A stretch of 64,000 bases of DNA from an uncultured Gammaproteobacteria bacterium (GTDB taxonomy: Bacteria > Pseudomonadota > Gammaproteobacteria > Magnimaribacterales > Magnimaribacteraceae), in NCBI GenBank assembly GCA_913042085.1, contig CAJWKH010000001.1:1617-65616 (forward strand). The letters run 5' to 3'. A program made the translations under genes and the position numbers. Positions 21,211 to 32,426 of this stretch are shown piece by piece; position 1 is the stretch's first letter; each line of letters opens with the position of its first letter. The notes below the pieces were generated by a model that was not told the origin of the DNA, ran no database searches, and worked only from the letters and a program-made list of their open reading frames with translations.

Positions 21211-23055
21211 ATGAGAACAGACCGAGATCTTACAAATAATGTAAATGATTTAAGGAGATTAAAACGGAGATCAAGTTTCTTATTTTTCTTCGTATTTTTG
21301 TTAATAGTAATTGGTTTGTCCAAGATTATTGAGCTTACAGTTTTAGACAGGCAAGAATATTTCACTGAGTCAGAAAAAAACAGAATTATCAATGTTCCTA
21401 TATACCCTGCAAGAGGACTGATTAAATTATCCAACGGAGAGATTATTGCTGAAAATATAGTCACGCATGATTTATTAATAAAAAAATCGTTAGTTGATCA
21501 ATCATCAACTGAAATTAATGATTTACTAAGAATTCTCTTAGAGCCTGGGCTTGAAGTTCAATCAAATGCTTCGCAAATTACTAATAGTTCAGATGAACTT
21601 ATTGTAATTTCAAGACTTAGCTCAGAACAATTAGCCAAATATCAGATTAATAAAGAAAAATGGCCATTTGTAGAACTTAAAACCCAGCTAAGAAGATTTC
21701 TTCCTCATAAAAATGTCTTCTCTCATGCTGTTGGTCATTTAGGAGAAGTAACGAAAGAAGATAATAGACAGAGTCAAGGTATTAGCTATAGGCCAGGATC
21801 CTATCTAGGAAAAGTTGGTCTTGAGAAAAAATATGAGTCCGCAATGCGAGGAAAGGGAGGAGTTAGTGTCGTTGAGGTTGACGTGTTTGGCAATAAGATT
21901 AGGGAAATAGAAAGAATCTTGCCTGAAAGGCCCTTAAATATTTTTTTATCTTTAAATCTCAAATTGCAGACACTAGCCAGACAAGAATTATCTGGCAGAA
22001 AAGGTGCAATAATTGCAATTGATCCCAACACAGGATTTATTAAAGCTCTTGTTAGCTCTCCTGATTACAATCCAAATATATTAAATAAAGCAGAAAATGG
22101 TTTTCTTTATCCTAATGAGAAACAAAAGGATGCTCCTTTATTTAATAGGGCGATATCAGGATCTTATCCTCCTGCTTCAACTATTAAACCTTTCTTGGGG
22201 CTGCTGGGTTTAGAAGAAAGAGCTATTGATGTTACTACAATAATCAAAGATGAAGGGGTTTTCCAGATTAATGATGAAGGCAGAAAATATAGAAGCTGGA
22301 AAGAAGAAGGTCATGGGGAGGTAAACCTCCATAAGGCAATAGTTGAATCTTCGGACGTTTATTTTTACGAATTAGCTTTTAAGCTAACTGTAGATAAAAT
22401 TTCTAATTTCTTAAGTTTATTTACTTTCGGTAAAAATACAGGCATTGATCTTATTAATGAGTCTTCAAGTATATTGCCAGACAGAAATTGGAAGCTTGGT
22501 AGTATCGGAGAGCCTTGGTTTGTAGGAGATACAGTCAATATGGGAATTGGCCAAGGATATATTACGGTTACTCCACTCCAGTTAGCTTCTTCTGTCTCCG
22601 CAATTGCAACTAAGGGAAAGATATTTAAACCAAAATTAGTTGAACGCTTAGGAGATCAAGATATTGAACCTGAACTTCTATTTTCAATTGAATTAAATAA
22701 AAAGGAGAATTGGGAAACTATAGAGAAATCAATGATTGCAGTAATTAACTCTTGGAATGGAACAGCCCACAACCTTTATAAAGAAGGAGGGCTCAAAATT
22801 GCAGGCAAGACAGGTACAGCTCAAATAAAAAGCTTAGTAGATCAAGAGTTAACGGTTCAAGAAGAGTATGAAGGCATTCGTGAAATAGAAAAGAATAGAG
22901 ATCATGCACTTTTTGTAAGCTATGGGCCTTTGCCCAACCCAAACTTAACTGTTGTCGTTATTGTTGAAAATGGAGAATCCGGCAGTTCAATTGCTGCGCC
23001 GATAGCTATGAAATTAATGGAACAATATCAAAAGGAGATTCTTGCAGATGTCTAG
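21211..23055 (+). CDS. mrdA: penicillin-binding protein 2 (elongasome transpeptidase)
   Basis: 614 aa with an N-terminal TM anchor and transpeptidase motifs STIKP (SxxK) and KTGTA. Followed by rodA. Confidence 0.9.
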   Translation: MRTDRDLTNNVNDLRRLKRRSSFLFFFVFLLIVIGLSKIIELTVLDRQEYFTESEKNRIINVPIYPARGLIKLSNGEIIAENIVTHDLLIKKSLVDQSSTEINDLLRILLEPGLEVQSNASQITNSSDELIVISRLSSEQLAKYQINKEKWPFVELKTQLRRFLPHKNVFSHAVGHLGEVTKEDNRQSQGISYRPGSYLGKVGLEKKYESAMRGKGGVSVVEVDVFGNKIREIERILPERPLNIFLSLNLKLQTLARQELSGRKGAIIAIDPNTGFIKALVSSPDYNPNILNKAENGFLYPNEKQKDAPLFNRAISGSYPPASTIKPFLGLLGLEERAIDVTTIIKDEGVFQINDEGRKYRSWKEEGHGEVNLHKAIVESSDVYFYELAFKLTVDKISNFLSLFTFGKNTGIDLINESSSILPDRNWKLGSIGEPWFVGDTVNMGIGQGYITVTPLQLASSVSAIATKGKIFKPKLVERLGDQDIEPELLFSIELNKKENWETIEKSMIAVINSWNGTAHNLYKEGGLKIAGKTGTAQIKSLVDQELTVQEEYEGIREIEKNRDHALFVSYGPLPNPNLTVVVIVENGESGSSIAAPIAMKLMEQYQKEILADV

Positions 23056-24175
23056 AAGAGCCCCTCTTGATTATGAAATCAATAATCTTTTAACAAATAA
23101 TTCGTATTCGTTTTCAAGGGTTTTTAAAGATTTACCTTTATTTGTATCTCTTTGCACCGTTCTTGGCTTTGGTCTATTTATGCTTTATAGCGCTAGTGGC
23201 CAGTCCATTGGGATGGTATCAAGACAATTAATTTATATTATTCTGGGCTTGTTTTTTATGCTACTGGTTGCGCAGTTAAGGCCCGAATCCTATAAGAATA
23301 TATTAATGAATTCTTATTGGTTTGGTTTATTGTTGTTAGCGTACGTATTGATAAATCCAGCAGATGGTTATGCAACCAATAGATGGATTGATTTAGGGTT
23401 TTTTAACTTTCAGCCGTCAGAAATCATTCGCCTTCTTTTGCCTTTATCTTTAGTAGCTTACTTATGCAGGAGAGAATCTAGGCCTAGAATGTCTGATTGG
23501 TTTATTACAACCATAGCAGCCTTTATATGTTTCTATTTAGTCTCAAGGCAACCGGATTTAGGATCAGGACTTATAGTTTTTGTATCTGGGTTGATACCTA
23601 TATTTCTAGCTGGATTGCCTTATAGAATAATTTTAGGTTATTTGGTTGGATTAGCTATTGTTGCACCATATGTTTGGTCTAATTTATTACTAGAATACCA
23701 AAGACAAAGGGTGCTAACTCTTCTTAACCCTGAGGCGGACCCTTTAGGAACAGGTTGGAACATAAATCAATCTCAAACTGCAATTGGGTCGGGAGGACTA
23801 ACAGGAAAGGGGTATTTATCTGGGACACAGAGCCAGCTTGATTTTATTCCTGAAAGCCATTCTGATTTTATCTTTTCAGTTATCGCAGAGGAGCTAGGGC
23901 TTATAGGTATATTGGCAATGTTCCTTTTGTACGGGTTCATTATTTGGAGAGTATTTAGAATCAGTTATCAGTCCGAAACAAATTTTGAGAGGATTACTTG
24001 TAGCTCTTTAGGATTTATCTTTCTTTTGTATATTTTAATTAACGTATTAATGGTTATAGGTATAATCCCTGTAGTGGGAGTGCCCCTGCCTTTAATAAGC
24101 CAAGGAGGCACTTCGATAGTAGTTCATTTACTTGCTTTTGGAGTGATTTTATCAATGAAAAAGATATATAGATGA
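23042..24175 (+). CDS. rodA: SEDS-family peptidoglycan glycosyltransferase RodA
   Basis: 377 aa, about 10 TM. SDFIFSVIAEELG and PLPLISQGGTS motifs. 14-bp overlap with mrdA. Confidence 0.9.
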   Translation: MQMSRRAPLDYEINNLLTNNSYSFSRVFKDLPLFVSLCTVLGFGLFMLYSASGQSIGMVSRQLIYIILGLFFMLLVAQLRPESYKNILMNSYWFGLLLLAYVLINPADGYATNRWIDLGFFNFQPSEIIRLLLPLSLVAYLCRRESRPRMSDWFITTIAAFICFYLVSRQPDLGSGLIVFVSGLIPIFLAGLPYRIILGYLVGLAIVAPYVWSNLLLEYQRQRVLTLLNPEADPLGTGWNINQSQTAIGSGGLTGKGYLSGTQSQLDFIPESHSDFIFSVIAEELGLIGILAMFLLYGFIIWRVFRISYQSETNFERITCSSLGFIFLLYILINVLMVIGIIPVVGVPLPLISQGGTSIVVHLLAFGVILSMKKIYR

Positions 24176-25155
24176 TTAATAAGGGAACAATTCTACTCGC
24201 TTCTCTGGCTATGCTTTGCCTCGAGATTTCTTCAAACGAAAGTTTTGATTATTCTTCTAGGGACGACGTTAAAGAATATATAGAAGAAATATCTAACAAG
24301 CATGGTTTTGAAAGCGACAAACTTTTAGAACTTTTAGGGAGTGCTGTTTATCAAGAAAAAGTTGTAAGGATTATGAATAGGCAGCCCGAAGGGACAATGA
24401 CTTGGTCTAGATATAAGGAAATGATGGTATCAGACTCTAGGATCTCTGCAGGCAAAGAATTTATAAAATTGTATAAAGAAGATTTATACAAAGCTGAAGA
24501 CCTTTATGGAGTTCCTGCCGAAATAATAGCTTCTATAATAGGTATAGAAACTCGCTATGGAAGAATAACGGGAAACATTAGAGTATTAGATTCTTTGATG
24601 ACGCTCTCGTTTAATTACCCAAGAAGATCAAAGTTCTTCAAGGTTCAGCTAGAAGAATTCTTGCTGTTAAGTAGAGAGGAAGGTTTTAACCCTGAATCTT
24701 TAGAAGGCTCAATTGCTGGAGCAATGGGGTACGGTCAATTTATGCCTGATAGTTATAGAAAGTACGCAGTTGACTTTGATTCAGATGGAGTAAGAGATAT
24801 TATAACTAATCCAGTCGATGCAATAGGTAGCGTCGCTAACTTCTTGAGTAAGAAAGGAAGGTGGAGACCTAATACACCAATAGCAATTGAGGCCAGAAGT
24901 GTATCTAGCCAAACTAGCTTTAATTCAAAATTTAAACCTTACATGACATTAATTGAATTAAATGGAATAGGCCTTGAACCTAAGGAGAAGATTTCAGGAA
25001 ATTTAAAATTTGTTCCAATATCTCTTGAACTGGATGATGGTTATGAACATTGGCTGGGTTTTGATAATTATTACTCTTTATCTAGATACAATAGAAGCAA
25101 GTTGTACGTTATGGCGGTAATAGAATTTAGTCGATCCTTATCAATATATTTATAG
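24172..25155 (+). CDS. mltB: lytic murein transglycosylase B family
   Basis: 327 aa with IIGIETRYG (catalytic Glu context) and GAMGYGQFMP motifs. Confidence 0.85.
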   Translation: MINKGTILLASLAMLCLEISSNESFDYSSRDDVKEYIEEISNKHGFESDKLLELLGSAVYQEKVVRIMNRQPEGTMTWSRYKEMMVSDSRISAGKEFIKLYKEDLYKAEDLYGVPAEIIASIIGIETRYGRITGNIRVLDSLMTLSFNYPRRSKFFKVQLEEFLLLSREEGFNPESLEGSIAGAMGYGQFMPDSYRKYAVDFDSDGVRDIITNPVDAIGSVANFLSKKGRWRPNTPIAIEARSVSSQTSFNSKFKPYMTLIELNGIGLEPKEKISGNLKFVPISLELDDGYEHWLGFDNYYSLSRYNRSKLYVMAVIEFSRSLSIYL

Positions 25156-26330
25156 TGGGAATAATTAGTATGTTTAAGCATTTAAACTTTATCAAAGCAG
25201 GAATCTTATTTTTCTTATCCTTATCCATATTAGCAGAGGAGAGTTTTATTCCCGATCCTCCTTCTTTGAATGCAACTAATTATATTTTAATGGATTCTAT
25301 TTCTGGAAGGATTCTGGCGGAGAAGGGCGCAGATGAAAGAATAGAGCCAGCAAGTATCACTAAGATTATGACAGGATATGTTGCTGCTGATCAGGCTGAT
25401 AAAGGTTTTGTGGGCTTATCTGATGAAGTTTTTATAAGCGAGAATTGCTGGAGAAAACAAGGATCTAAGATGTTTATAAGAGAAGGCACAAGAGTTTTAC
25501 TGTCTGATCTTATGAAGGGTATGGTTATCCAATCCGGAAACGATGCAAGCTGTGCTATAGCAGAACATGTAGCCGCATCTGAAGAAGGATTTGTTCAATT
25601 GATGAATTTGTATGCTCGCGAAATGGGCTTAAAAAATACCCAGTTTAGAAACGAAAGTGGATGGCCAGATCCTGAACATTTTTCTTCTGCAAGAGATTTA
25701 GCTATTCTTTCAACAAACCTAATTAACAAATTTCCTGATCATTACTCTCTTTATAAAGAAAAATACTTTACTTTTAATGAAATAAAACAAAGAAATAGGA
25801 ATAGTCTTTTGTGGCAAGATGATTCTATAGATGGAATAAAGACTGGCCATACTGAGAGCGCAGGGTATTGTCTAGTTTCTTCTGGAGTAAGAAATGATAC
25901 TAGGCTAATTTCAGTTACTCTTAGAAGTTCTTCAGAGAAAGCAAGATTAACTGATAACAGAAGGCTATTAGATTACGGATTTAGATATTTTAGGACCAAA
26001 AAAATTCTTACAAGAGATTTATCTTTGTTAAAGGAGCAAGTGTGGGGTGGGGAAGAGGAACAGGTTAACCTTTCTTCTGGAGAAGATCTCTACCTGACTC
26101 TTTCACCCAGAGATTTCCAAAGAGTAGAACCAAAGATCTCTTTAAACGATTATTTACAAGCCCCTATTATTAGAGGCCAGGTAGTTGGAAAAATAGATCT
26201 TCTTTTAGATGGAGAATCATTAGCTACCGTAGATGCTATAGCGATGGAAGAGGTTAGTTCGTTAGGTTTTTTTGGCAGAGCGTGGTCTAACATTAAACTT
26301 CTTACCTATAGATTCTTGATTGAAGAGTAA
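25155..26330 (+). CDS. dacA: D-alanyl-D-alanine carboxypeptidase (PBP5/6, peptidase S11)
   Basis: SITK (SxxK), SGND (SxN) and KTGHT (KTG) motifs. The ORF opens at GTG 25155; ATG 25170 gives a cleaner signal peptide (MFKHLNFIKAGILFFLSLSILA). Confidence 0.9.
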   Translation: MGIISMFKHLNFIKAGILFFLSLSILAEESFIPDPPSLNATNYILMDSISGRILAEKGADERIEPASITKIMTGYVAADQADKGFVGLSDEVFISENCWRKQGSKMFIREGTRVLLSDLMKGMVIQSGNDASCAIAEHVAASEEGFVQLMNLYAREMGLKNTQFRNESGWPDPEHFSSARDLAILSTNLINKFPDHYSLYKEKYFTFNEIKQRNRNSLLWQDDSIDGIKTGHTESAGYCLVSSGVRNDTRLISVTLRSSSEKARLTDNRRLLDYGFRYFRTKKILTRDLSLLKEQVWGGEEEQVNLSSGEDLYLTLSPRDFQRVEPKISLNDYLQAPIIRGQVVGKIDLLLDGESLATVDAIAMEEVSSLGFFGRAWSNIKLLTYRFLIEE

Positions 26331-26341
26331 CTAACTACTTT

Positions 26342-27196
26342 ATGTGGACCTATCTAAATGGAGAATTTATTCCTAAGGAGGAAGTAAGAGTCTCTCCTTT
26401 TGATAGAGGTTTTTTATTTGGCGATAGTGTTTACGAAGTTATTCCTTCATACAACAATAAACTTTTCTTATTTGATGAACATTTAGAAAGATTAAAAAAT
26501 TCATTATCAATCACAAACATTCCTATTCCTGATCCTCTAAAAGATTTACACCCATTGATAATGGAATTACTTAAAAAGAATCAATTTTCAAATCAAGCTA
26601 TCTATATTCAAATAACAAGAGGGGTAGATCCGGTAAGATCACACGTTTCTGCTAGCACAACTATACCAACTCTTTTTATGAGTTCAGCGGAATTAGAAAT
26701 TAACCCTTATCGAGGAAGCTCTCATAAAGAAGGTTTAAAAGTAAAACTTGAAGAGGATATTCGTTGGAAGAGATGCGATGTAAAGGCAACAACTTTACTT
26801 CCAAATATCATTCCCTTTCATCGTGAAGATGAATCTGACACAGACGAAATTTTATTTCATGATGGAGAGAAAATAAATGAAGGATCCAAGTCTAATTTTT
26901 TCTTTGTTTTTGATGACTTAATTGTTACACCGCCTAAAGAGCAAAATATACTTCTAGGAGTAACTAGAAATTATATCTTGAAAAGATTATCAGAAGAAGG
27001 ATTCAAAGTATTCGAGAAAGAAGTCAGAATAGAAGATTTGAATAAAGCCGATGAGATATGGGTAACTAGCTCTACCAAAGAAATACAGCCAGTTCACCAA
27101 GTTGATAACAAGGTTTTACCGAGAAAAGAATTAGAAGAATATTATTGGCATAAAACCTTGAAAATCCTAGAAGAAGACTTAAAAAGTAATTGCTAG
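26342..27196 (+). CDS. class IV (fold type IV) PLP aminotransferase, D-amino-acid transaminase-like
   Basis: 284 aa. FDRGFLFGDSVYEV N-terminal motif and Lys in CDVKATTLLPN. Cannot be separated from PabC or IlvE types by eye. Confidence 0.75.
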   Translation: MWTYLNGEFIPKEEVRVSPFDRGFLFGDSVYEVIPSYNNKLFLFDEHLERLKNSLSITNIPIPDPLKDLHPLIMELLKKNQFSNQAIYIQITRGVDPVRSHVSASTTIPTLFMSSAELEINPYRGSSHKEGLKVKLEEDIRWKRCDVKATTLLPNIIPFHREDESDTDEILFHDGEKINEGSKSNFFFVFDDLIVTPPKEQNILLGVTRNYILKRLSEEGFKVFEKEVRIEDLNKADEIWVTSSTKEIQPVHQVDNKVLPRKELEEYYWHKTLKILEEDLKSNC

Positions 27197-28150
27197 ATCT
27201 CTAATTGCCTGCCAAGGATTTTTAGATGAAAGACCTTTGATGGACGCGTCTATTTCTGCAATTTCTAACAATGATTGTTTTAATTTCTTTTTGTTGAGTT
27301 GATTAACTCTCTTAGTCAAAGTTTCTAAATAATGCCTTGGCCCCCATATATTTTTTGTTGAGTTGTCTTCCATAACTTTATAGAGGTTATTAATTTCTTT
27401 AGTTAGGGCCCATAAAATAAGAGTAGGTTGTGTTCCTTCTGATTTAAGTGATTCAATGATTTGAAAGGTTCTATTTTTGTTTCCTGAAACAAATGCATTT
27501 GATAGATCAAAGATTCCATATTTTGATGCGTTAGATATGGAATCTTCCATCTCCTTTAAACCTATCTCTATATTTGGATAAAGTAAAGCAAGCTTAATGA
27601 TTTCTTGAGTAGCAGCTAAAAGGTTGCCTTCAGTTTTTTCTGAAAGTAATTGAGCTGCATCATTTTTTATTAGCACATTTGAATCATTTGCTCTGTTCTG
27701 AATCCATTTAGGCATTGAATTAAGAGGAATAGGGTTTTCAACTACCATTATTCCGTTTTCTTCTAGGCTCTTGGCCCAGGCTGAAGATTGCGATTTTTTA
27801 TCTAGGCCTTCTGCAGAAACAATTAGTAATTTATTTGGATTAGGATCCAAAGAATATTCCTTAAGAGCTTTAGAGCCTTTATTACCTGGACCAGAACCAA
27901 GCAATTTAATTTCAATTATTTTTTTTGAACCAAACAAATCCAAATTTTCATTATTAGAATCGAGGAAAGACCAATCCATATCTTTTGAAACTACGTAAGT
28001 TGTTTTTTCATCAAAATTAGAATCTTTTGCAGCCAGGAGTACCGAGTCTATTAATGAAGTCAGTTGTATTGATTCTTCAGCAAAAAATAAATAAACCGGA
28101 TTCAGTTCTTTGCGAACTAACTCTCTAAGGTCCTTAGAATTAGTTTTCAT
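27179..28150 (-). CDS. holA: DNA polymerase III subunit delta
   Basis: 323 aa. Conserved leuS-lptE-holA synteny and delta-like N-terminal region (YLFFAEESIQ). Sequence motifs are weak. Confidence 0.8.
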   Translation of the reverse strand: MKTNSKDLRELVRKELNPVYLFFAEESIQLTSLIDSVLLAAKDSNFDEKTTYVVSKDMDWSFLDSNNENLDLFGSKKIIEIKLLGSGPGNKGSKALKEYSLDPNPNKLLIVSAEGLDKKSQSSAWAKSLEENGIMVVENPIPLNSMPKWIQNRANDSNVLIKNDAAQLLSEKTEGNLLAATQEIIKLALLYPNIEIGLKEMEDSISNASKYGIFDLSNAFVSGNKNRTFQIIESLKSEGTQPTLILWALTKEINNLYKVMEDNSTKNIWGPRHYLETLTKRVNQLNKKKLKQSLLEIAEIDASIKGLSSKNPWQAIRDLAITF

Positions 28151-28643
28151 TATCTTTTGATGCTAAAAGGAATTCCATATTCTTAATACCATCATTAATA
28201 AAGTTTCTTACTAAGATCTTCTCTTCTCTTTCCATAGACAGCAGATCTGACTGATTAAAACTTAAGTATTTAGTAGACTCATAAATATGCTCAATAATGA
28301 TCTTCTTTTTACTAGAAAGTTCGTAGGAGATTACATAGTCCAGTCTTGCCTGAGTTGTTCTCGCACCAGCACCTATAGCTCCAGAAAATTTATTTAATTT
28401 ATGGAACTTAATTCTAATTATTAGGCCATTCTTGTTTTCTATATTCTTAGCCCTAAAGATCTTATTGCCTTTAGCTTTTAATTGAGAAATTAATTCTAGA
28501 TTTAAATCTGAGTTATCTGATATAAGCACTAGATCTTGTTGTAATAACTCGCTTGAGCTTTCTCTTAGAGAGTAGCCACATGACGACAGAAGAAATAAAG
28601 TTATAAAAAAACAAGAAAAGATAAATTTCTGCGAAAACCTCAT
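28140..28643 (-). CDS. lptE: LPS-assembly lipoprotein LptE
   Basis: 167 aa with a lipoprotein signal and lipobox LLSSC. Sits immediately downstream of leuS (4-bp overlap), as in other Gammaproteobacteria. Confidence 0.78.
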   Translation of the reverse strand: MRFSQKFIFSCFFITLFLLSSCGYSLRESSSELLQQDLVLISDNSDLNLELISQLKAKGNKIFRAKNIENKNGLIIRIKFHKLNKFSGAIGAGARTTQARLDYVISYELSSKKKIIIEHIYESTKYLSFNQSDLLSMEREEKILVRNFINDGIKNMEFLLASKDNEN

Positions 28644-31087
28644 AAAACGATATTAATTAGTTTTTCAGGGACGTAGATTATTTTCTTAATTTTTGAATCG
28701 GAGATATGTTTTTTTGTATTTTCATCTTCTAAAGCTATTTTTTTAATTTCCTCTTCTTGAGCATCTGGATCCACATCTATTTCTGATCTTAATTTCCCAT
28801 TTACCTGAATAACTATTTTCATAACATCCTCTTCAAGCATTTCTTCTTTTGCTTCAGGCCATTGGGCGTCTACAATCAGATTATCTTGATTTAATTGCCA
28901 CCATAAATGTTGAGATAAATGAGGGGTTATAGGGGAGAGCATTAGGATGATTGCTTTTATTGCTTCATCCGCTGCTTTTCTCTTATCAGTTACAGCATCC
29001 GCAAGCAAGAATTCGTTCGGTATATTATTTGATAATTCCATGATAGCTGCTATTGCTGTATTAAAGCTGTGTCTTCTCAGGTAATCATCCTTTACCTTTT
29101 TTAAGACCTGGTGAGTTTTTAATCTAAGTTTTTTTATTTCTGGATCTTCAGATTCCATTTCAGTGGTATCAGGGATTTCAGCATTTATATGTGTATGAAC
29201 AAGTTTCCAAATTCTATTGATAAATCTATAAGCTCCTTGGACTCCTTGGTCAGACCATTCAAGAGACTGATCTGGAGGAGCAGCAAACATAACAAATAAC
29301 CTAACAGTATCTGCACCATACTTTTGAATTAGATCTGCTGGGTCAACAGTATTTCCTTTAGACTTAGACATCTTGGATCCATCTTTAAGCACCATGCCCT
29401 GGCAAAGTAAGTTTTTAAAAGGTTCATCTCCTTCGACGATTCCAAGATCTCTTAAGCACCTAAAAAAGAACCTTGAATAGAGAAGATGAAGGACGGCATG
29501 CTCTATACCTCCAATATATTGATCTACGGGAAGCCAATACTTTGCCCTATCATCCAGCATAGAGTTTTCACTATCAAAGCTGGCAAATCTGGCGTAATAC
29601 CAAGAAGATTCAAAAAAAGTATCAAAAGTATCAGTTTCTCTTTTTAGAGATTTACCATCTTGTTCAATATTCGTGAATTCTTCCATGTCTTTCAATGGAG
29701 AATTAACGCCTTTAAATTTAACTTCTAAAGGAAGCTTTACTGGCAAATCTTTAGCAGGAACAAAGCCTTTTTCGTCTTTTAGGATAGGTATTGGTGACCC
29801 CCAATATCGTTGTCTAGATACTCCCCAATCTCTTAGTCTGAAATTTGTAGACCTTTTACCGCAATTTAATTCATTTGCTTTTTTTTCTATTGCCTTAAAG
29901 GCTTCTTCAAAAGATAGGCCATTAAACTCATCAGAGTTTATTAATTTATTTTTTTCAAGAATAGCTTCTTTATTTATGTCATCTTTTTCATTTCCCTCTA
30001 TAACTTGTTTGATAGGTAGGTTATATTTATTAGCAAATTCAAAATCTCTTTGGTCGTGACCTGGTACCGCCATTAGAGCGCCTGATCCATAATCACTTAG
30101 GACAAAATTTGCAATCCATATAGGCAACTCTTCTTTTGTAAACGGGTGAATGGCTTTAAATGGAGTTTCAATACCCTTTTTATCTTGCTTAGCTATATCT
30201 GCTTCAGCAGTTTTAACTTTATTAAGTTCATTTATAAAATCTTTTACCTCATCATTTTCTTTTGCCATTTCCAAACTTAAATAATGAGAAGTAGAAATTG
30301 CTATAAAAGATGCTCCCATTATTGTGTCAGGCCTAGTAGTAAAAATTTCTATATGTTTCTTTGTTCCTTCAATTTCAAAACTAAATTCCATACCCTCTGA
30401 TTTACCTATCCAATTTTTTTGCTGAATCCTTACTTGGTTAGGCCAGCCTTCAAGTTTATCAGTGCCTTCAAGCAACTCCTCGGCGTAATCAGTAATTTTT
30501 AGAAACCATTGCTTAAGAGTCTTTTTTTCAACATCAGCACCTGATCTCCATCCTTTCCCATCTATAACTTGTTCATTGGCCAGAACTGTTTGATCTACAG
30601 GGTCCCAATTTACTTCTGCTTCTTCTTGATAAGCTAAGCCTCGCTCTACCAATTGTAAGAAAAACCATTGCTCCCATTTATAATAATCTTCATCTGAAGT
30701 AGCAAATTCTCTTTTCCAGTCATAAGCAAATCCCATTCTCGAGAGCTGAATTTTCATGTTCTTTATATTCTCCCGGGTCCATTCTGATGGTTGAATTTTA
30801 TTTTTAATGGCTGCATTTTCTGCAGGAAGACCAAATGCATCCCAACCCATGGGTTGTAGAACATTTTTCCCTAGCATTCGTTGAAATCTGCTTATCACAT
30901 CTCCAATGGTGTAATTTCTGACATGACCCATGTGTATAGACCCACTAGGGTAAGGAAACATGCTTAAGCAGAAGAATTTTTCTTTTTTTGGGTCTTCTGT
31001 AACTGAAAAAGTCTCGTGCTCCTTCCAGTATGATTGTATTTCTTCTTCTATCTTGGCAGGATCATAAGGAATATCTGTGTCCGCCAT
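28640..31087 (-). CDS. leuS: leucine--tRNA ligase
   Basis: 815 aa with HIGH-type (HMGHVRNY) and KMSKS motifs and a CP1 editing-domain layout. Confidence 0.97.
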   Translation of the reverse strand: MADTDIPYDPAKIEEEIQSYWKEHETFSVTEDPKKEKFFCLSMFPYPSGSIHMGHVRNYTIGDVISRFQRMLGKNVLQPMGWDAFGLPAENAAIKNKIQPSEWTRENIKNMKIQLSRMGFAYDWKREFATSDEDYYKWEQWFFLQLVERGLAYQEEAEVNWDPVDQTVLANEQVIDGKGWRSGADVEKKTLKQWFLKITDYAEELLEGTDKLEGWPNQVRIQQKNWIGKSEGMEFSFEIEGTKKHIEIFTTRPDTIMGASFIAISTSHYLSLEMAKENDEVKDFINELNKVKTAEADIAKQDKKGIETPFKAIHPFTKEELPIWIANFVLSDYGSGALMAVPGHDQRDFEFANKYNLPIKQVIEGNEKDDINKEAILEKNKLINSDEFNGLSFEEAFKAIEKKANELNCGKRSTNFRLRDWGVSRQRYWGSPIPILKDEKGFVPAKDLPVKLPLEVKFKGVNSPLKDMEEFTNIEQDGKSLKRETDTFDTFFESSWYYARFASFDSENSMLDDRAKYWLPVDQYIGGIEHAVLHLLYSRFFFRCLRDLGIVEGDEPFKNLLCQGMVLKDGSKMSKSKGNTVDPADLIQKYGADTVRLFVMFAAPPDQSLEWSDQGVQGAYRFINRIWKLVHTHINAEIPDTTEMESEDPEIKKLRLKTHQVLKKVKDDYLRRHSFNTAIAAIMELSNNIPNEFLLADAVTDKRKAADEAIKAIILMLSPITPHLSQHLWWQLNQDNLIVDAQWPEAKEEMLEEDVMKIVIQVNGKLRSEIDVDPDAQEEEIKKIALEDENTKKHISDSKIKKIIYVPEKLINIVL

Positions 31088-31088
31088 T

Positions 31089-32426
31089 TTATCCTTTGTC
31101 CTTATTAATATTTTCTAAATAGTTAATACTTACGCCGCCTTTTATAAAGTTTGGATCATTGACTAGTTGCCTATGCATATCAAGGTTTGTGTCTATACCT
31201 AGAATATACATTTCATCCAGAGCTCTTTCTAGTCTAGCTCTAGCGTCTTCTCGGTCATTCGCTCTACAGATAACTTTCGCAATTAATGAATCATAATAAG
31301 GAGGAACAACATAATCTTTGTATAAATGTGAGTCCATTCTGACACCTATTCCACCTGGGGCATGGTATTCAATTATTTTTCCAGGAGAAGGAATAAAAGT
31401 TTCAGAGTTTTCAGCGTTTATTCTGCATTCAATAGCATGTCCTTTCATGACTATATCTTCTTGCTTAACAGATAAAGTCTCATCTCTTGCTATTCTCAGT
31501 TGGAGCTTGACCAGATCTAATCCAGTAACACTTTCCGTTACAGGATGCTCTACTTGGATTCTTGTATTCATTTCAATAAAGTAAAAATTATTATTCTCAT
31601 AAAGGAATTCAAATGTTCCTGCGCTTTCATAATTCATCTTCTTACATGCATCTATGCACTTGGCGTAAATTTCTTCTCTTTTTTCATCATCTATACCAAT
31701 GGCTGGAGCTTCTTCAATAACTTTTTGGTGTCTTCTTTGCAATGAGCAGTCTCTATCACCAAGGTGCAATACGTTACCTTTCCTATCAGCCAATACTTGA
31801 ACTTCTATGTGTCTTGGGTTTTCAAGAAATTTTTCCATGTACACGGTTGAATCTCCGAAGGCTATTGCTGATTCTTGTTGAGTTAGTTCTATTGCACTTT
31901 CTAAGTCTTCTTTAGAGTTCACTACTCTCATTCCTCTGCCACCTCCACCAGAAGCGGCTTTAATAATTATAGGGTAGCCAATTTCTTCAGCTTTTTTATG
32001 CGTATCTTCTTCAATTGGGCCTGTTGAACCCGGCACTATTGGCAAACCAGCCTCTAAAGCAAACTCTTTTGCTGAAACCTTATTTCCCATCATTCTTATC
32101 GCAGCAGCTGGAGGACCAACAAAATCAAATCCACTTTTTTCAACCTTATCTGCAAAATCTGGGTTTTCAGATAAGAAGCCATATCCAGGATGCACTCCGT
32201 CAGCACCAGATAACTCCATGGCACTAATAATCGCTGGAATATTTAGATAGCTTTGAGAGGAATCTGCCGGACCAATGCATATTGATTCATCAGCCATTTT
32301 AACGTGCATGAGATCTTTATCTGCTTCGGAATAAGCCGCTACTGTTGGAATTTTTAGTTCCTTTGCAGCCCTTAAAATGCGTAGAGCTATTTCGCCTCTA
32401 TTAGCAATTAATAGTTTATTAATCAT
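31089..32426 (-). CDS. accC: acetyl-CoA carboxylase biotin carboxylase subunit
   Basis: 445 aa ATP-grasp protein ([22 protein letters not shown]). Located downstream of accB. Confidence 0.97.
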   Translation of the reverse strand: MINKLLIANRGEIALRILRAAKELKIPTVAAYSEADKDLMHVKMADESICIGPADSSQSYLNIPAIISAMELSGADGVHPGYGFLSENPDFADKVEKSGFDFVGPPAAAIRMMGNKVSAKEFALEAGLPIVPGSTGPIEEDTHKKAEEIGYPIIIKAASGGGGRGMRVVNSKEDLESAIELTQQESAIAFGDSTVYMEKFLENPRHIEVQVLADRKGNVLHLGDRDCSLQRRHQKVIEEAPAIGIDDEKREEIYAKCIDACKKMNYESAGTFEFLYENNNFYFIEMNTRIQVEHPVTESVTGLDLVKLQLRIARDETLSVKQEDIVMKGHAIECRINAENSETFIPSPGKIIEYHAPGGIGVRMDSHLYKDYVVPPYYDSLIAKVICRANDREDARARLERALDEMYILGIDTNLDMHRQLVNDPNFIKGGVSINYLENINKDKG

